A stretch of DNA of 64,000 nucleotides. Origin: Candidatus Poribacteria bacterium (GTDB taxonomy: Bacteria; Poribacteria; WGA-4E; WGA-3G). The position numbers and the translations under genes were made by a program. Position 1 is the first letter of the stretch; every line of letters begins with the position of its first letter. The DNA lies in contig OZ243938.1 of the NCBI GenBank assembly GCA_965214095.1, forward strand, positions 1,408,001 through 1,472,000. Reading direction: 5' to 3'. Shown here piece by piece: positions 9,888 through 20,181 of the stretch. The notes beneath the pieces are model-generated. The model was given only the letters and a program-made list of their open reading frames with translations, was not told the origin of the DNA and did no database searches.

Positions 9888-10727
9888 TTATAAACCACGA
9901 TTTAATGGAGGAAGATCATCCCAATCGCATTGCAAACAGAAAAAACTATTCCCGATTCGTCTAACATCACTGTTGCATTCGGGACAACTTCGTTGGTTCA
10001 CCGTTTCACTTATATCAACATCAGCGGAAGAAGCGTTTGTCATCGTCTTATCCATCGGTATTGCACTTTCACGACTCGTAATATCTTGCTGCACGATTTC
10101 AATCACTTCTTCTGCATTCAAATGAAACGGTGGAGGCGCATTACGGGTGAGATCGAAGAACGTACTCCTATAGAAACGTGGACTTTCTGAGTCATTAACG
10201 CACCTCAGGAATACAGTAAACTTATCTGGAGAGACAAGAAAAGCAGAAGAGTCTACAATATGGTGTTTCGCGTTTATCGCAAGTTCATATCCTTCAAATT
10301 CAAAAATTGAATTGCCACCATCCACCCATATCGTGTCTGATGTGTTTTGAAAAACATCTTGTAGTTCATAGGAACGTGTTACAGAAAGGATTAAGGTATA
10401 GCGTTGATATGGATACTGTGATAGCAAGTCAAACGGCAGAAATGGTCCCGGTTCAGAAGTTTGCTTTAGAAATGCTGTAAAAGCTTTATATACTGCTTCT
10501 TTTGCTTCTCTTAGAATTGCACGATTACTATTTCCTAAGTGGGAATCATTACCTTCCTGAGAAAAAAAGTGGTCATCATTAATGTCTAATTCGGTCTGAA
10601 TATGAACATCAAACGTCATATTCCGATTACTTAATAGTTGTAGTCGTAAGGAAGGTTCATCTACAGTTTTGAGGATAAAGGGAAGCATAGTTAACTCCAT
10701 ATTTGACTGATATTGGAATTGTAACAT
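9888..10727 (-). CDS. Hypothetical protein with C-terminal zinc ribbon
   Basis: Ends CPECNS...FCLQCDWD. Confidence 0.65.
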   Translation of the reverse strand: MLQFQYQSNMELTMLPFILKTVDEPSLRLQLLSNRNMTFDVHIQTELDINDDHFFSQEGNDSHLGNSNRAILREAKEAVYKAFTAFLKQTSEPGPFLPFDLLSQYPYQRYTLILSVTRSYELQDVFQNTSDTIWVDGGNSIFEFEGYELAINAKHHIVDSSAFLVSPDKFTVFLRCVNDSESPRFYRSTFFDLTRNAPPPFHLNAEEVIEIVQQDITSRESAIPMDKTMTNASSADVDISETVNQRSCPECNSDVRRIGNSFFCLQCDWDDLPPLNRGL

Positions 10728-10901
10728 ATTCTGGTATCTTCATTCAACGTATTATTATTAAAGTCTACAATTAATTTGTATCTTATTCAACTATCTGTTA
10801 TACTATTTATAGGTGTTGGTGATACAATCCATTCAGTTTTTAGAACGGCTATTACTTAGATTACTGTTTTGTAGAAATGATGATAAGAAAGGAAATAGAT
10901 T

Positions 10902-11648
10902 ATGTCAGGACACTCTAAATGGTCAACAATAAAACATAAAAAGGCTGCGATTGATGCTAAACGCGGAAAACTTTTTTCTAAGTTAGTTAAAGAGATCACT
11001 GCTGCTACACGAATAGGTGGTGGTGATGTTGATACCAATCCACGCCTACGAACAGCAATTGCAACCGCAAAGTCAAGTAATGTACCAAGTGATAACATAG
11101 AAAAGGCTATACTGCGCGGGACAGGTGAACTTGAGGGTACGTCTATAGAAGAAGTCGTTTATGAAGGATACGGTCCCGGTGGCGTTGCTTTGATAATTGA
11201 AGTGATTACAGATAATAAAAATCGAGCAGTAGCAGAAATTCGTCATGTACTCGGTAAGTTTGATGGCAGTATCGGAGAACGCGGTTGTGTTTCATGGGGT
11301 TTTGATAAATGTGGGCTCATTGTCGTTGATGCTGAAAGCATTGATGAAGAGGAACTGTTTTTAGTTGCAGCAGATGCAGGCGCGGAAGATTTGAATGAAA
11401 TGGAAACCGCTTTTGAAATTATAACTCCATTTGAAGAGTTTGATAAAGTTGTCACTGCAATCCAATCCACCGAAGCAGACATTCAGTTAGCTGAAATAAG
11501 TATGATACCACAAAATACTGTAAAACTTGAAGGCAAACAAGCAGAAAAAATGCTTAGGTTGATGGAAAACCTTGACGAACTTGATGATGTTCAGAAAGTT
11601 TATGCAAACTTCGACATTCCTGACGATATACTTGAGGCTGCAGCGTAG
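10902..11648 (+). CDS. yebC: YebC/PmpR family protein
   Basis: MSGHSKWSTIKHKK and YEGYGPGG. Confidence 0.95.
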   Translation: MSGHSKWSTIKHKKAAIDAKRGKLFSKLVKEITAATRIGGGDVDTNPRLRTAIATAKSSNVPSDNIEKAILRGTGELEGTSIEEVVYEGYGPGGVALIIEVITDNKNRAVAEIRHVLGKFDGSIGERGCVSWGFDKCGLIVVDAESIDEEELFLVAADAGAEDLNEMETAFEIITPFEEFDKVVTAIQSTEADIQLAEISMIPQNTVKLEGKQAEKMLRLMENLDELDDVQKVYANFDIPDDILEAAA

Positions 11649-11666
11649 GAATAGGACTTGTTGTCA

Positions 11667-12167
11667 ATGATAATTCTTGGGATTGACCCCGGTATTGCAA
11701 ACACTGGATTTGGAATCGTCAAATCAAGCACGGCACGCAACCAATTAATGCAGTATGGGAATATCAAAACTGATGCAAAAACGCCATCAGAATTACGATT
11801 AAAACAAATATATGACAAAATCATAAATCTAATTGATGAGTTTGATGTTGAGGAAGTCGTTCTTGAGGATGTTTTCTTCAGTAAACAGGTGAAAACAGCA
11901 TTTATCCTTGGTGAAGCAAAAGGGATTATTAAGTTAGCCGCGGCAAATACTGGAACTTCAGTGACAACATATACACCATTGCAAGTGAAAACATCTGTTA
12001 CAGGATATGGAAAAGCACCAAAAACACAAGTACAAAAAATGGTTCAGATGTTATTGAAACTAAAAAAACCACCAGAACCAGACCATGCAGCGGACGCACT
12101 TGCCCTCACGATATGCCACGCGCGTTCATACAAACTCAACAAAATACGGGAAAAATTAAATAAATAA
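11667..12167 (+). CDS. ruvC: Holliday junction resolvase RuvC
   Basis: ILGIDPG, TGYGKAPK and DHAADALA. Confidence 0.95.
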   Translation: MIILGIDPGIANTGFGIVKSSTARNQLMQYGNIKTDAKTPSELRLKQIYDKIINLIDEFDVEEVVLEDVFFSKQVKTAFILGEAKGIIKLAAANTGTSVTTYTPLQVKTSVTGYGKAPKTQVQKMVQMLLKLKKPPEPDHAADALALTICHARSYKLNKIREKLNK

Positions 12168-12216
12168 CCTACCAGGATAAGACATCTCTCCTGTTCACTG
12201 AAAGGAATACATCTGC

Positions 12217-12813
12217 ATGATTGCTCACATAAAAGGAACTCTTGAATATAAAGATTCAAATGAGGTAGTTGTAGATGTTAACGGTGTTGGTTATTCAATT
12301 GAAGTAACGGAACGGACACTCAACGAATTACCTGCAATTGGTGAACCCGTTACTTTCTATACACACTATACACAGAATCGTGACAATGTGATAAAGTTAT
12401 ACGGATTCACATCACGAGATGCACTAAAGATATTTGAATTGGCAATCACTGTGACAAGGGTCGGTCCTACTTTAGCACAAAATATAGTTGGCAGACTGTC
12501 TCCTGCACAATTTCAACAAGCAGTTCTTAAAGAAAATATCCCAATCCTAAGACGTGTCCCTCGGTTGAGTGATGAAATTGCCAAACTTATTATCATGAAA
12601 CTAAAAAAGAAAATCGCAAATATAAAACTAGAGGAAAAAGTTGAGTTAGGTGGCGTGACTTCAACCCATCAAGCTGTCATCAATGTGTTGTTGAACCTTA
12701 ACGCATCCGACCTTGAAGCAGAACAGGCTTTAGAAAAGGCAATAGAGTCTCTCGGTGATTCTGCTGACCGCGATACACTCGTAAAAGAAGCATTGCGTTA
12801 TATACGAAATTAA
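12217..12813 (+). CDS. ruvA: Holliday junction branch migration protein RuvA
   Basis: MIAHIKG, VNGVGY and LYGF; lies between ruvC and ruvB. Confidence 0.92.
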   Translation: MIAHIKGTLEYKDSNEVVVDVNGVGYSIEVTERTLNELPAIGEPVTFYTHYTQNRDNVIKLYGFTSRDALKIFELAITVTRVGPTLAQNIVGRLSPAQFQQAVLKENIPILRRVPRLSDEIAKLIIMKLKKKIANIKLEEKVELGGVTSTHQAVINVLLNLNASDLEAEQALEKAIESLGDSADRDTLVKEALRYIRN

Positions 12814-12861
12814 ATTCCGATTGTTTTATATTCAGCATAATCTTTTGTTCAAATCTCATCT

Positions 12862-12886
12862 GTAGGAACAATCTCCGAATCGCGAC
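12862..12886 (+). repeat. GTAG-initiated REP-like sequence
   Basis: GTAGGAACAATCTCCGAATCGCGAC resembles the copy at 43587. Confidence 0.5.
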
Positions 12887-12965
12887 GAAATACTTTGATC
12901 GAATGTCAAACTAACTGTAAATTCCACTATAAAACAACTTTTACCAGAGAAAATGAGCCATATTC

Positions 12966-13997
12966 ATGGGTGACAAAATGGACAGTTACGATGAAGGTGA
13001 ATTTGGATATAGTCTACGTCCAGAAACATTAGATGAATTTATTGGACAGGATAAGGCAAAAGAGCAGATACGTCTTCACATAGATGCAGTAAAAAGTAGA
13101 CGTAAAGAAAAAAGTAGTGTAAAAAGTAAAGATAACGTATTGGAGCATGTCCTCCTCGTAAGCCCTCCAGGTCTTGGTAAAACTACACTCGCAAAAATAA
13201 TATCAAATGAATTTGGCACTAATTTTAAACAGGCTATCGGTACTGTCATGGAACAACTTGATCTTGCTTCAACATTAACAAATCTTGAAGAAGGTGACAT
13301 TCTTTTTATCGACGAAATCCACAGAATGAAGGCTACAACACAAGAGTCATTGTACCCTGTACTTGAAGATTTTGTTTTAGACCTGTCTATCGGTCAAGGT
13401 CCCGGTTCAGATATTGTCCAAGTTCCAATAGAACCGTTTACTTTGGTCGGGGCAACAACACGTGAAGGGTCACTTACAGGTCCATTTCGCGACAGACTTG
13501 GCATACATATTCACCTCGACTACTACACGCCAGAAGATATACAGCAAGCCATCCGTATCAACAGTGCAAAACTTAATATAAAAACTGAGGAAGATGCAGA
13601 GTATGAATTAGCAAAACGTGCTCGTGGCACAATGCGTGTCGCAAATAAATTACTCGCAAATGTTAGAGACTTTGCACAGGTTCACAGTAATGGGATTTTA
13701 ACACATGAAGTTGCTTTAGAAGCTTTGGAATTTTTTGGTATTGATGAAAAAGGGTTAAACAAGCAGGATTACGCCTATTTCCGTGCGCTTATTGATACAT
13801 TTAGTGGACGCGCAGGACTAAAAGCACTCGCTGTTGCTCTTAGTGAGGATGGACGCACAATCTCTGAAGTCTATGAACCATACTACATTAAAGAGGGATT
13901 TCTCAAACTCACATCAAGTGGACGGGTCGCAACTGAAGGGGCTTATGAATACTTCGGATATCCAACAAGCAACCAACCTTCATTATTTGAAAACTGA
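12966..13997 (+). CDS. ruvB: Holliday junction helicase RuvB
   Basis: LRP, PPGLGKTT, FIDEIHR, GATTR and YEPY. Confidence 0.95.
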   Translation: MGDKMDSYDEGEFGYSLRPETLDEFIGQDKAKEQIRLHIDAVKSRRKEKSSVKSKDNVLEHVLLVSPPGLGKTTLAKIISNEFGTNFKQAIGTVMEQLDLASTLTNLEEGDILFIDEIHRMKATTQESLYPVLEDFVLDLSIGQGPGSDIVQVPIEPFTLVGATTREGSLTGPFRDRLGIHIHLDYYTPEDIQQAIRINSAKLNIKTEEDAEYELAKRARGTMRVANKLLANVRDFAQVHSNGILTHEVALEALEFFGIDEKGLNKQDYAYFRALIDTFSGRAGLKALAVALSEDGRTISEVYEPYYIKEGFLKLTSSGRVATEGAYEYFGYPTSNQPSLFEN

Positions 13998-14002
13998 CTT
14001 AT

Positions 14003-15031
14003 ATGAAATTGACAGATTTCGATTACGAACTACCGCAGAACCGAATTGCACAAGAACCACTGCAGCAACGGGACGCATCAAAACTGATGGTGATTAACCG
14101 AAACACACGGGAAATACACCATACGACTTTCTCAGAAATTAGAGATTTTCTACCGAAACCTTCCCTCCTTGTCTTGAACGACACAAAAGTTATTCCAGCA
14201 AGATTAATTGGAAACAAAAGCAAAACAGGTGGTAAAATTGAACTGCTTCTCATTCAGGAAAAAGAAAGAGACACATGGGAAGTACTCGCAAAACCGCGCA
14301 GGAGTTTGCAAGTCGGCACACAGTTGGAATTTAACGATGGAGTACTTAACGCTGAAGTTGTTGAAAAACCTGACAATGAAAACTGCATTGTCCATTTCAA
14401 ATATGATGGAACGTTCTCAACTATACTATCCAATGTAGGTATCATGCCATTGCCACCATATATTCGTCGTTCTCCAAATGATGAAGATAGGGTTCGTTAC
14501 CAATCAGTGTTTGCTGACAAAGAGGGAGCAATTGCAGCACCAACTGCAGGACTACACTTTACACCTGAATTGTTAGGTGAATTGAAAGATCACGGATTTG
14601 ATATTGCATTGTTAACATTGCATGTTGGTATTGGCACATTCCAACCAGTCAAAGTTGAGAATATCCAGACACATAAAATGCATGCAGAATACATACATCT
14701 CGGTGAGAAAGAAGCAACACAAATTCGTAAGGCACGTCAAAGTGACACCAAAATAGTATCTATCGGTACAACAGTCGTGCGAGCACTTGAAACTGCTGGA
14801 AAGGATGGAATTTTCAAACCATTTTGTGGATATAGTGAACTTTTCATATATCCTGGTTACCAATTTAATGTTGTAGATGCGTTAGTAACAAACTTCCATC
14901 TACCTAAATCAACTTTACTCATGTTAGTCAGTGCATTTGCTGATATTGAACTAATTCAATACGCATACGACGAAGCACTAACTCATGATTACCGCTTCTA
15001 TAGCTATGGTGATGCCATGCTTATTTTATGA
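14003..15031 (+). CDS. queA: S-adenosylmethionine:tRNA ribosyltransferase-isomerase
   Basis: FDYELP, PLPPYI, AAPTAGLHF, NFHLPKSTL and YSYGDAM. Confidence 0.96.
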   Translation: MKLTDFDYELPQNRIAQEPLQQRDASKLMVINRNTREIHHTTFSEIRDFLPKPSLLVLNDTKVIPARLIGNKSKTGGKIELLLIQEKERDTWEVLAKPRRSLQVGTQLEFNDGVLNAEVVEKPDNENCIVHFKYDGTFSTILSNVGIMPLPPYIRRSPNDEDRVRYQSVFADKEGAIAAPTAGLHFTPELLGELKDHGFDIALLTLHVGIGTFQPVKVENIQTHKMHAEYIHLGEKEATQIRKARQSDTKIVSIGTTVVRALETAGKDGIFKPFCGYSELFIYPGYQFNVVDALVTNFHLPKSTLLMLVSAFADIELIQYAYDEALTHDYRFYSYGDAMLIL

Positions 15032-15054
15032 AAATTAAGGAGAATTTATTTGCA

Positions 15055-15357
15055 ATGGATGGTCTAACAAGTATACTTTTTATGGTTGTTCCGATGATTC
15101 TCATCTTGTATTTTTTGATGTTTCGTCCAGAACAACAAAGACGGAAAAAACATCAGGCAATGCTTGAGAATCTAACAAAAGGGGATGAAATAGTAACGAA
15201 CGGAGGCTTACACGGCAAAATACTTGGGATTACAAATGATAAAAAGATTGTGCTTCTCTCTGTCGGAGAAGTGAATAATCAGGAAGTAAAAGTGCAAATA
15301 TCCCTAAGTGCTGTAGCATTCCTCAAAAAAGGTGGAGAACTTATTGAAGGTGAGTAG
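15055..15357 (+). CDS. yajC: Preprotein translocase subunit YajC
   Basis: YFLMFRPEQQ and GDEIVTNGGLHG; AAGGAG RBS. Confidence 0.9.
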   Translation: MDGLTSILFMVVPMILILYFLMFRPEQQRRKKHQAMLENLTKGDEIVTNGGLHGKILGITNDKKIVLLSVGEVNNQEVKVQISLSAVAFLKKGGELIEGE

Positions 15358-15994
15358 ATTGGAAAACTGAAAGCTGATAGATCACACCATCATATTCTAA
15401 CAGTCTTGCACGGGTCTGTTCTGCAATACCAAGTAAATCATTGTGATGCAAAGAGACTCGTGCTGATTTATCTTTTGAATCAATCAGATTAACGGTTGCT
15501 GTGCCTTTCCCATCAAGAAATCTATAGAAACAGAATCCCTCTCCAATCCATTCAGTTTCAAACGCATTTTCACACATACATAGATTGTAGTTTGTATCTG
15601 TCCGATTTTCACCTGCATTCAATATGACCGCAGCAGGATCTGTATGTGAAGGTGTTTTACAAAACGCTATTTCAACACTCTCTGAGGTAGTGATAATTTC
15701 AAAAGTCGTGTGATGTGGAATAAAAGCCAAACATGCTTCACCGTCAAAGACATCTTTACGTTTGCCTAAATCACCATTAGCCTTATTCCCGTTATGACCG
15801 ACAAGAAGTCTACATTGTCCTCCTAATGCAATCAGAACAACTTCATAATCATCAGAATGGTCAAAATAGGTTGAATTAGGAGATAGGTTAAGAATACCGA
15901 AGTGTAGATTAGAAATTCCAAAATCACCTGGGTCAGCAAGATGGGTATAACCCTCAGTAGGTGTATAATGCTTAAATACTGACATCAGGAACAA
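15341..15994 (-). CDS. IolB/KduI-like cupin protein, shortened
   Basis: N-half resembles IolB (EVVLIALGG, RKDVFDG, AFIP); the C-half lacks the PPHKH motif. Confidence 0.55.
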   Translation of the reverse strand: MFLMSVFKHYTPTEGYTHLADPGDFGISNLHFGILNLSPNSTYFDHSDDYEVVLIALGGQCRLLVGHNGNKANGDLGKRKDVFDGEACLAFIPHHTTFEIITTSESVEIAFCKTPSHTDPAAVILNAGENRTDTNYNLCMCENAFETEWIGEGFCFYRFLDGKGTATVNLIDSKDKSARVSLHHNDLLGIAEQTRARLLEYDGVIYQLSVFQSTHLQ

Positions 15995-16568
15995 AATCCA
16001 CTATATGTTCAACAAGACTTGCCAACGGAAGTCCAACCACGTTAAAATAGCAACCTTCAATCCGTTGCACAAATGCTGCACCACGGCCTTGAATACCATA
16101 AGCACCGGCTTTATCACGCGCTTCACCACTATTGATATAATGAACGATCTCGTCTTTAGAGATTTTTCTAAAATACACCTTTGTAACTTCCGACCATTTT
16201 ATCTCGCGGTTTTCTTTCAGATTGATAAGAGAAACACCTGTAACAACACTATGACATTTATTGCTAAGTTTTGTTAACATCTGCAGACCGTGTTTATCAT
16301 TTTGTGGTTTTCCAAGCAGTTCTGACTCAAACGACACCAACGTGTCTGCACCAATAACGATACCCTCAGTATACCGTTTAGCAACATCTTGAGCTTTCAA
16401 GGAAGCAAGTTGTTGCGTTACGACTTCTGGGGACACATCATTTGGTGGAACAGGTTCTTGAATATTACTCGGATATACCTCAAATGTCAATCCAATTTGA
16501 GATAATAAAGCAGCACGGCGTGGGGAGGCTGATGCTAATATTAAACGTGGAATCTTCAGAAATGGCAT
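15972..16568 (-). CDS. maf: Maf nucleotide pyrophosphatase
   Basis: LILASASPRR, GADT, DKAGAYGIQG and NVVGLP. Confidence 0.95.
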   Translation of the reverse strand: MPFLKIPRLILASASPRRAALLSQIGLTFEVYPSNIQEPVPPNDVSPEVVTQQLASLKAQDVAKRYTEGIVIGADTLVSFESELLGKPQNDKHGLQMLTKLSNKCHSVVTGVSLINLKENREIKWSEVTKVYFRKISKDEIVHYINSGEARDKAGAYGIQGRGAAFVQRIEGCYFNVVGLPLASLVEHIVDFVPDVSI

Positions 16569-16591
16569 AAAACGGTTACTTCAAGAAACTG

Positions 16592-16903
16592 TTACTTTAA
16601 ACAATACCATTGATTACAGTTTTTATTTTCTATCTCTAACAACTTGGCAGCAATTAGTTCCGATATACCAGTATCAATGTCTGTTTTGGAAAACCCAACT
16701 TTGCCGAGAATTTCATCTCTATTAGGTATGAGAAACCATTCAGGTTTTTCAAGTGAATCATTATGATTGCGAAATACTTCAAGGGCAACATATAGGCGCA
16801 TTGCTCTCGCTGAAAGATCAACAAGTGGATTGATGTTTGAGCAAAAGTCTATGGATTTATCCTGCATCATTCTGTCCTCAATTGTATATATTTTGACAAC
16901 CAT
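16592..16903 (-). CDS. Hypothetical winged-helix-like protein
   Basis: LSARAMRLY...GFSKTDIDTGISELI resembles a wHTH. Confidence 0.45.
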   Translation of the reverse strand: MVVKIYTIEDRMMQDKSIDFCSNINPLVDLSARAMRLYVALEVFRNHNDSLEKPEWFLIPNRDEILGKVGFSKTDIDTGISELIAAKLLEIENKNCNQWYCLK

Positions 16904-17097
16904 TGGATTTAACGGAATCCACAGAATTGCGGTTACAATATCATATATTTTTGGGTCAAGATTACCAGACCTGCAATGCTATTAGGATGTAGTGACAAGA
17001 ACACTACACACCCGCATCAGATAACTCTTGCAACTATTAACGAAATAATATATGATGATACTGAAAGATTATGGAAAAATAGACTTGGAGTCTATGA

Positions 17098-17604
17098 ATG
17101 CGGAATAACCTATTTGTACCCAACAAAATGCCTTATGCAAAAGGAAAGAACAGACCTGATGTACAGTGTATCCTATGTGCAATCGTGGAGAAAGATGAGA
17201 AAGTTGAACGTCTTGAAGTTCATAGAACAGAACTCTTTACAATCTCACTAAATCTATATCCGTATAGTCCTGGACACCTTATGATATTTCCCAATCGGCA
17301 CATAGTTGATGCTCGTGAATTAAACGCAGAAGAAGTATATGACCTACATCAACTTCAATGTCTAAGTTTTGAAGTATTGACGCAGGCATATCAACCAAAA
17401 GGGTTCAATGTAGGATACAATATGGGTGAATCGTCAGGAGCAAGTATAGCACATCTTCACTTGCATGTTGTCCCGCGGTATCCGCGTGAATTAGGGTTCA
17501 TGGATGTAATCGGAGGGGCAAGAATTATCATTGAAGACCCGAATGCAACTCAGGAAAAACTCTTTGAACTATTCCAAAAAATTACAGATAAGACGCAGAC
17601 ATAA
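17098..17604 (+). CDS. HIT family hydrolase
   Basis: CILC, NLYPYSPGHL and HLHLHVVPR. Confidence 0.92.
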   Translation: MRNNLFVPNKMPYAKGKNRPDVQCILCAIVEKDEKVERLEVHRTELFTISLNLYPYSPGHLMIFPNRHIVDARELNAEEVYDLHQLQCLSFEVLTQAYQPKGFNVGYNMGESSGASIAHLHLHVVPRYPRELGFMDVIGGARIIIEDPNATQEKLFELFQKITDKTQT

Positions 17605-17737
17605 GAATTCAACTTGTCAATATAAATCAAGCAGAACTCCTAAAACTAAATAACCCTGTTTAGAATCAACTTTCCTTGCAATCCACGATGATTTGTGGTA
17701 TCCTATCTATAAGTTATATTCAAGCGAGGACAGATGA

Positions 17738-18544
17738 ATGAAATTGGGTTTATGTACAATCGCATTTGAAGAAAAACCTTTGGAAGAGGTAATTGATATT
17801 GCTGCTGACTACGGTTTTGATGGCATTGAAGTATGGGGAAAACCACCACACATGCCACTTGAATACGATGCTACCTATGTGAAAAACATTAAGGAGTTAG
17901 CACAACAGAAAGGATTGTCGATTTCTGCTTATGGATCCTATGTGAATCCCTTAATGGAATTTCATCAGAAGCATTTTGAGGATGCATTTAAAATTGCACA
18001 CGGTCTTGGCACCAATCTCATCCGGATTTGGTCTGGAGGGGGTCCGTCAAAATCTATTATATCCGACGATAAACGGATGATCCTATTCCGATTAGTCAGT
18101 TTGGCACAATGGGCAAATTTCCGTAGTATTATCATGGGGTTGGAGATGCACAATAACCATCTGTCTGATACAGTTGAGAGCATCCTTGAGATAATAGAAA
18201 ACACCAATATGCCATCTCTAAAAACATATTACCAACCACTTTCACGGTATGATGCTGATGAACCGCATACTGCTGCCCAACAGCTCGCACCCCACGTTGT
18301 GAATATTCATGCACAGAACTTTGATGAAAACGGTAAAGCATGTCCAATCTCTGATGGCGTTGTTGACTATAGCAGGATCGTCGAAACGCTTGGAAGTGAA
18401 GGCTATGATGGGTATATTCACGTCGAATTTGTCCACGGTGATAACAAAATGGATGCTTTACAACGGGATAGAGACTTTCTCGCAAGCCTCACTACACCAT
18501 TAGTTGAGGATTCATTGAAAAATCTTGAGACCGAGTCTGTATAA
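17738..18544 (+). CDS. Sugar phosphate isomerase/epimerase (AP endonuclease 2 TIM barrel)
   Basis: GFDGIE, LEMH and GYDGYIHVE. Confidence 0.85.
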   Translation: MKLGLCTIAFEEKPLEEVIDIAADYGFDGIEVWGKPPHMPLEYDATYVKNIKELAQQKGLSISAYGSYVNPLMEFHQKHFEDAFKIAHGLGTNLIRIWSGGGPSKSIISDDKRMILFRLVSLAQWANFRSIIMGLEMHNNHLSDTVESILEIIENTNMPSLKTYYQPLSRYDADEPHTAAQQLAPHVVNIHAQNFDENGKACPISDGVVDYSRIVETLGSEGYDGYIHVEFVHGDNKMDALQRDRDFLASLTTPLVEDSLKNLETESV

Positions 18545-18565
18545 GCAGAGTCGATTTTTTCTTAC

Positions 18566-19180
18566 ATGCGATTAGAAGTCGGTATCATCGCTCTCCTTGA
18601 ACAGACATTAGAAATTTCTGCTGAAAAACGCGCACAGTTTGACTGGCTTCGGAACAAACCTTCTCCTGATTATTTCGGGGATCTTTATGATAAGTTGATG
18701 GATCTTTACGGAGAACTCAACGGAGATTGGCAGGGCACTGAAGCAAAAGCAGACGGTTATCTTACGCCTGACGCATATTTTCCTGAACCATACAATTTTA
18801 TCTTTGAGTTTGATGAGCTACAGCACTTTACAAAATATAGAGAGTTGACATTTAAATATTATTCTGAAAACATGCCGCTTGCCTACAAACCGGAAAAATA
18901 TGTTACGTTTTGCAAGGAATACCATCAAGCAGCTCTTGCAAAAGGACCAGACCGATTCAGAAGGCGTACAGCGGATTTTCCTTATGTGAACGGAAGGGCA
19001 GCGCAACGGGCTTTTTTTGATACTTTCAGGGATTGGTTACCCCCGCGGCACGGACTCAATCCTACTATAAGACTCGCAGAATTTGAGGTCCAACCTATTC
19101 TGAACGGTGAATTAACTGAAGATGCTGCGATTTCATATATGAAGAAACTCATAAGCGGTCGTATTGCAGACATAATATAG
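18566..19180 (+). CDS. Hypothetical protein, possible Vsr/PD-(D/E)xK-like nuclease
   Basis: TPDAYF...IFEFDELQHF motif. Confidence 0.5.
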   Translation: MRLEVGIIALLEQTLEISAEKRAQFDWLRNKPSPDYFGDLYDKLMDLYGELNGDWQGTEAKADGYLTPDAYFPEPYNFIFEFDELQHFTKYRELTFKYYSENMPLAYKPEKYVTFCKEYHQAALAKGPDRFRRRTADFPYVNGRAAQRAFFDTFRDWLPPRHGLNPTIRLAEFEVQPILNGELTEDAAISYMKKLISGRIADII

Positions 19181-19204
19181 AAAAGGTAGGGTATATTACA
19201 CTAT

Positions 19205-20134
19205 ATGGACAACCGAACAAGTTCAATAGTGAATCTTTCTGATTATCCATTACTACAGCAAATTGGAAATACACCACTTGCAAGAATTGATCTCTTTAAA
19301 GATGAATTGCCAAATGTTGAGATCTATGCGAAAGTGGAAACCTATAATCCCGGCGGTTCTATAAAAGATAGACCTGTCCTAAGAATGGTAACCGAGGCAA
19401 TTGCATCTGGCGAACTGACACGCGATAAAGTCATATTGGATTCAAGTTCAGGAAACGCAGGAATCGCTTATGCCATGATTGGAGCGATACTTGGATACCA
19501 AGTTGAACTCGTTATCCCAAATAACGCCAGTGAAGAACGGAAAAAACGAATTCGCTCACACGGTGCAAAGATTGTTTATACTGACGCGCTACTCGGATAT
19601 GATGAAGCATTGCGAGAGGTGCAACGCAGATATGAAACAGAACCGGATAGATATTTCTTTAAATCCCAATATGATAATGATAATAACTGGCGCGCACATT
19701 ATGATACAACAGGCAAAGAAATTTGGCAACAAACAGGTGGGAAGATTACGCACTTCGTAGCGGGTGTAGGTACTGGTGGCACCATTACAGGCGTTGGACG
19801 TCGTCTGAAAGAATATGAGCCGAATATTCATATCTGTTCAATAGCACCTGAGGAATTTCCTGGAATTGAAGGATTGAAAAAACTTGGTGGTGCAGAAGAT
19901 ATTGTGCCTAAAATCCTTGATGTAAATATAATTGATAGTCATATTCCTACCACTATTGAAGATGCTTATGATATGTGCACGCGTCTAACAAAGAAAGGTT
20001 GGTTTGTTGGACAATCTTCAGGCGGATATCTATACGGGGCATACAAACTGGCACAAGAAATACAAGAAGGTGTCATCGTCACTGTATTTAATGACCTCGG
20101 TGAAAGGTATTTTAGTACGAGTTTGTGGGATTAA
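19205..20134 (+). CDS. PLP-dependent cysteine synthase (CysK/CysM family)
   Basis: IGNTPL, NPGGSIKDR, SSGNAG and GTGGT. Confidence 0.92.
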   Translation: MDNRTSSIVNLSDYPLLQQIGNTPLARIDLFKDELPNVEIYAKVETYNPGGSIKDRPVLRMVTEAIASGELTRDKVILDSSSGNAGIAYAMIGAILGYQVELVIPNNASEERKKRIRSHGAKIVYTDALLGYDEALREVQRRYETEPDRYFFKSQYDNDNNWRAHYDTTGKEIWQQTGGKITHFVAGVGTGGTITGVGRRLKEYEPNIHICSIAPEEFPGIEGLKKLGGAEDIVPKILDVNIIDSHIPTTIEDAYDMCTRLTKKGWFVGQSSGGYLYGAYKLAQEIQEGVIVTVFNDLGERYFSTSLWD

Positions 20135-20181
20135 GCCGGCTATGGTTTTGAGATGTAAACCCTATATGAGAATGGAGATTT

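Noticed and set aside
12966-13997. RuvB deviations (SPPGLGKT, basic insert, RGTMR)
   Set aside because: Core motifs and operon context are intact, so this is probably lineage divergence.
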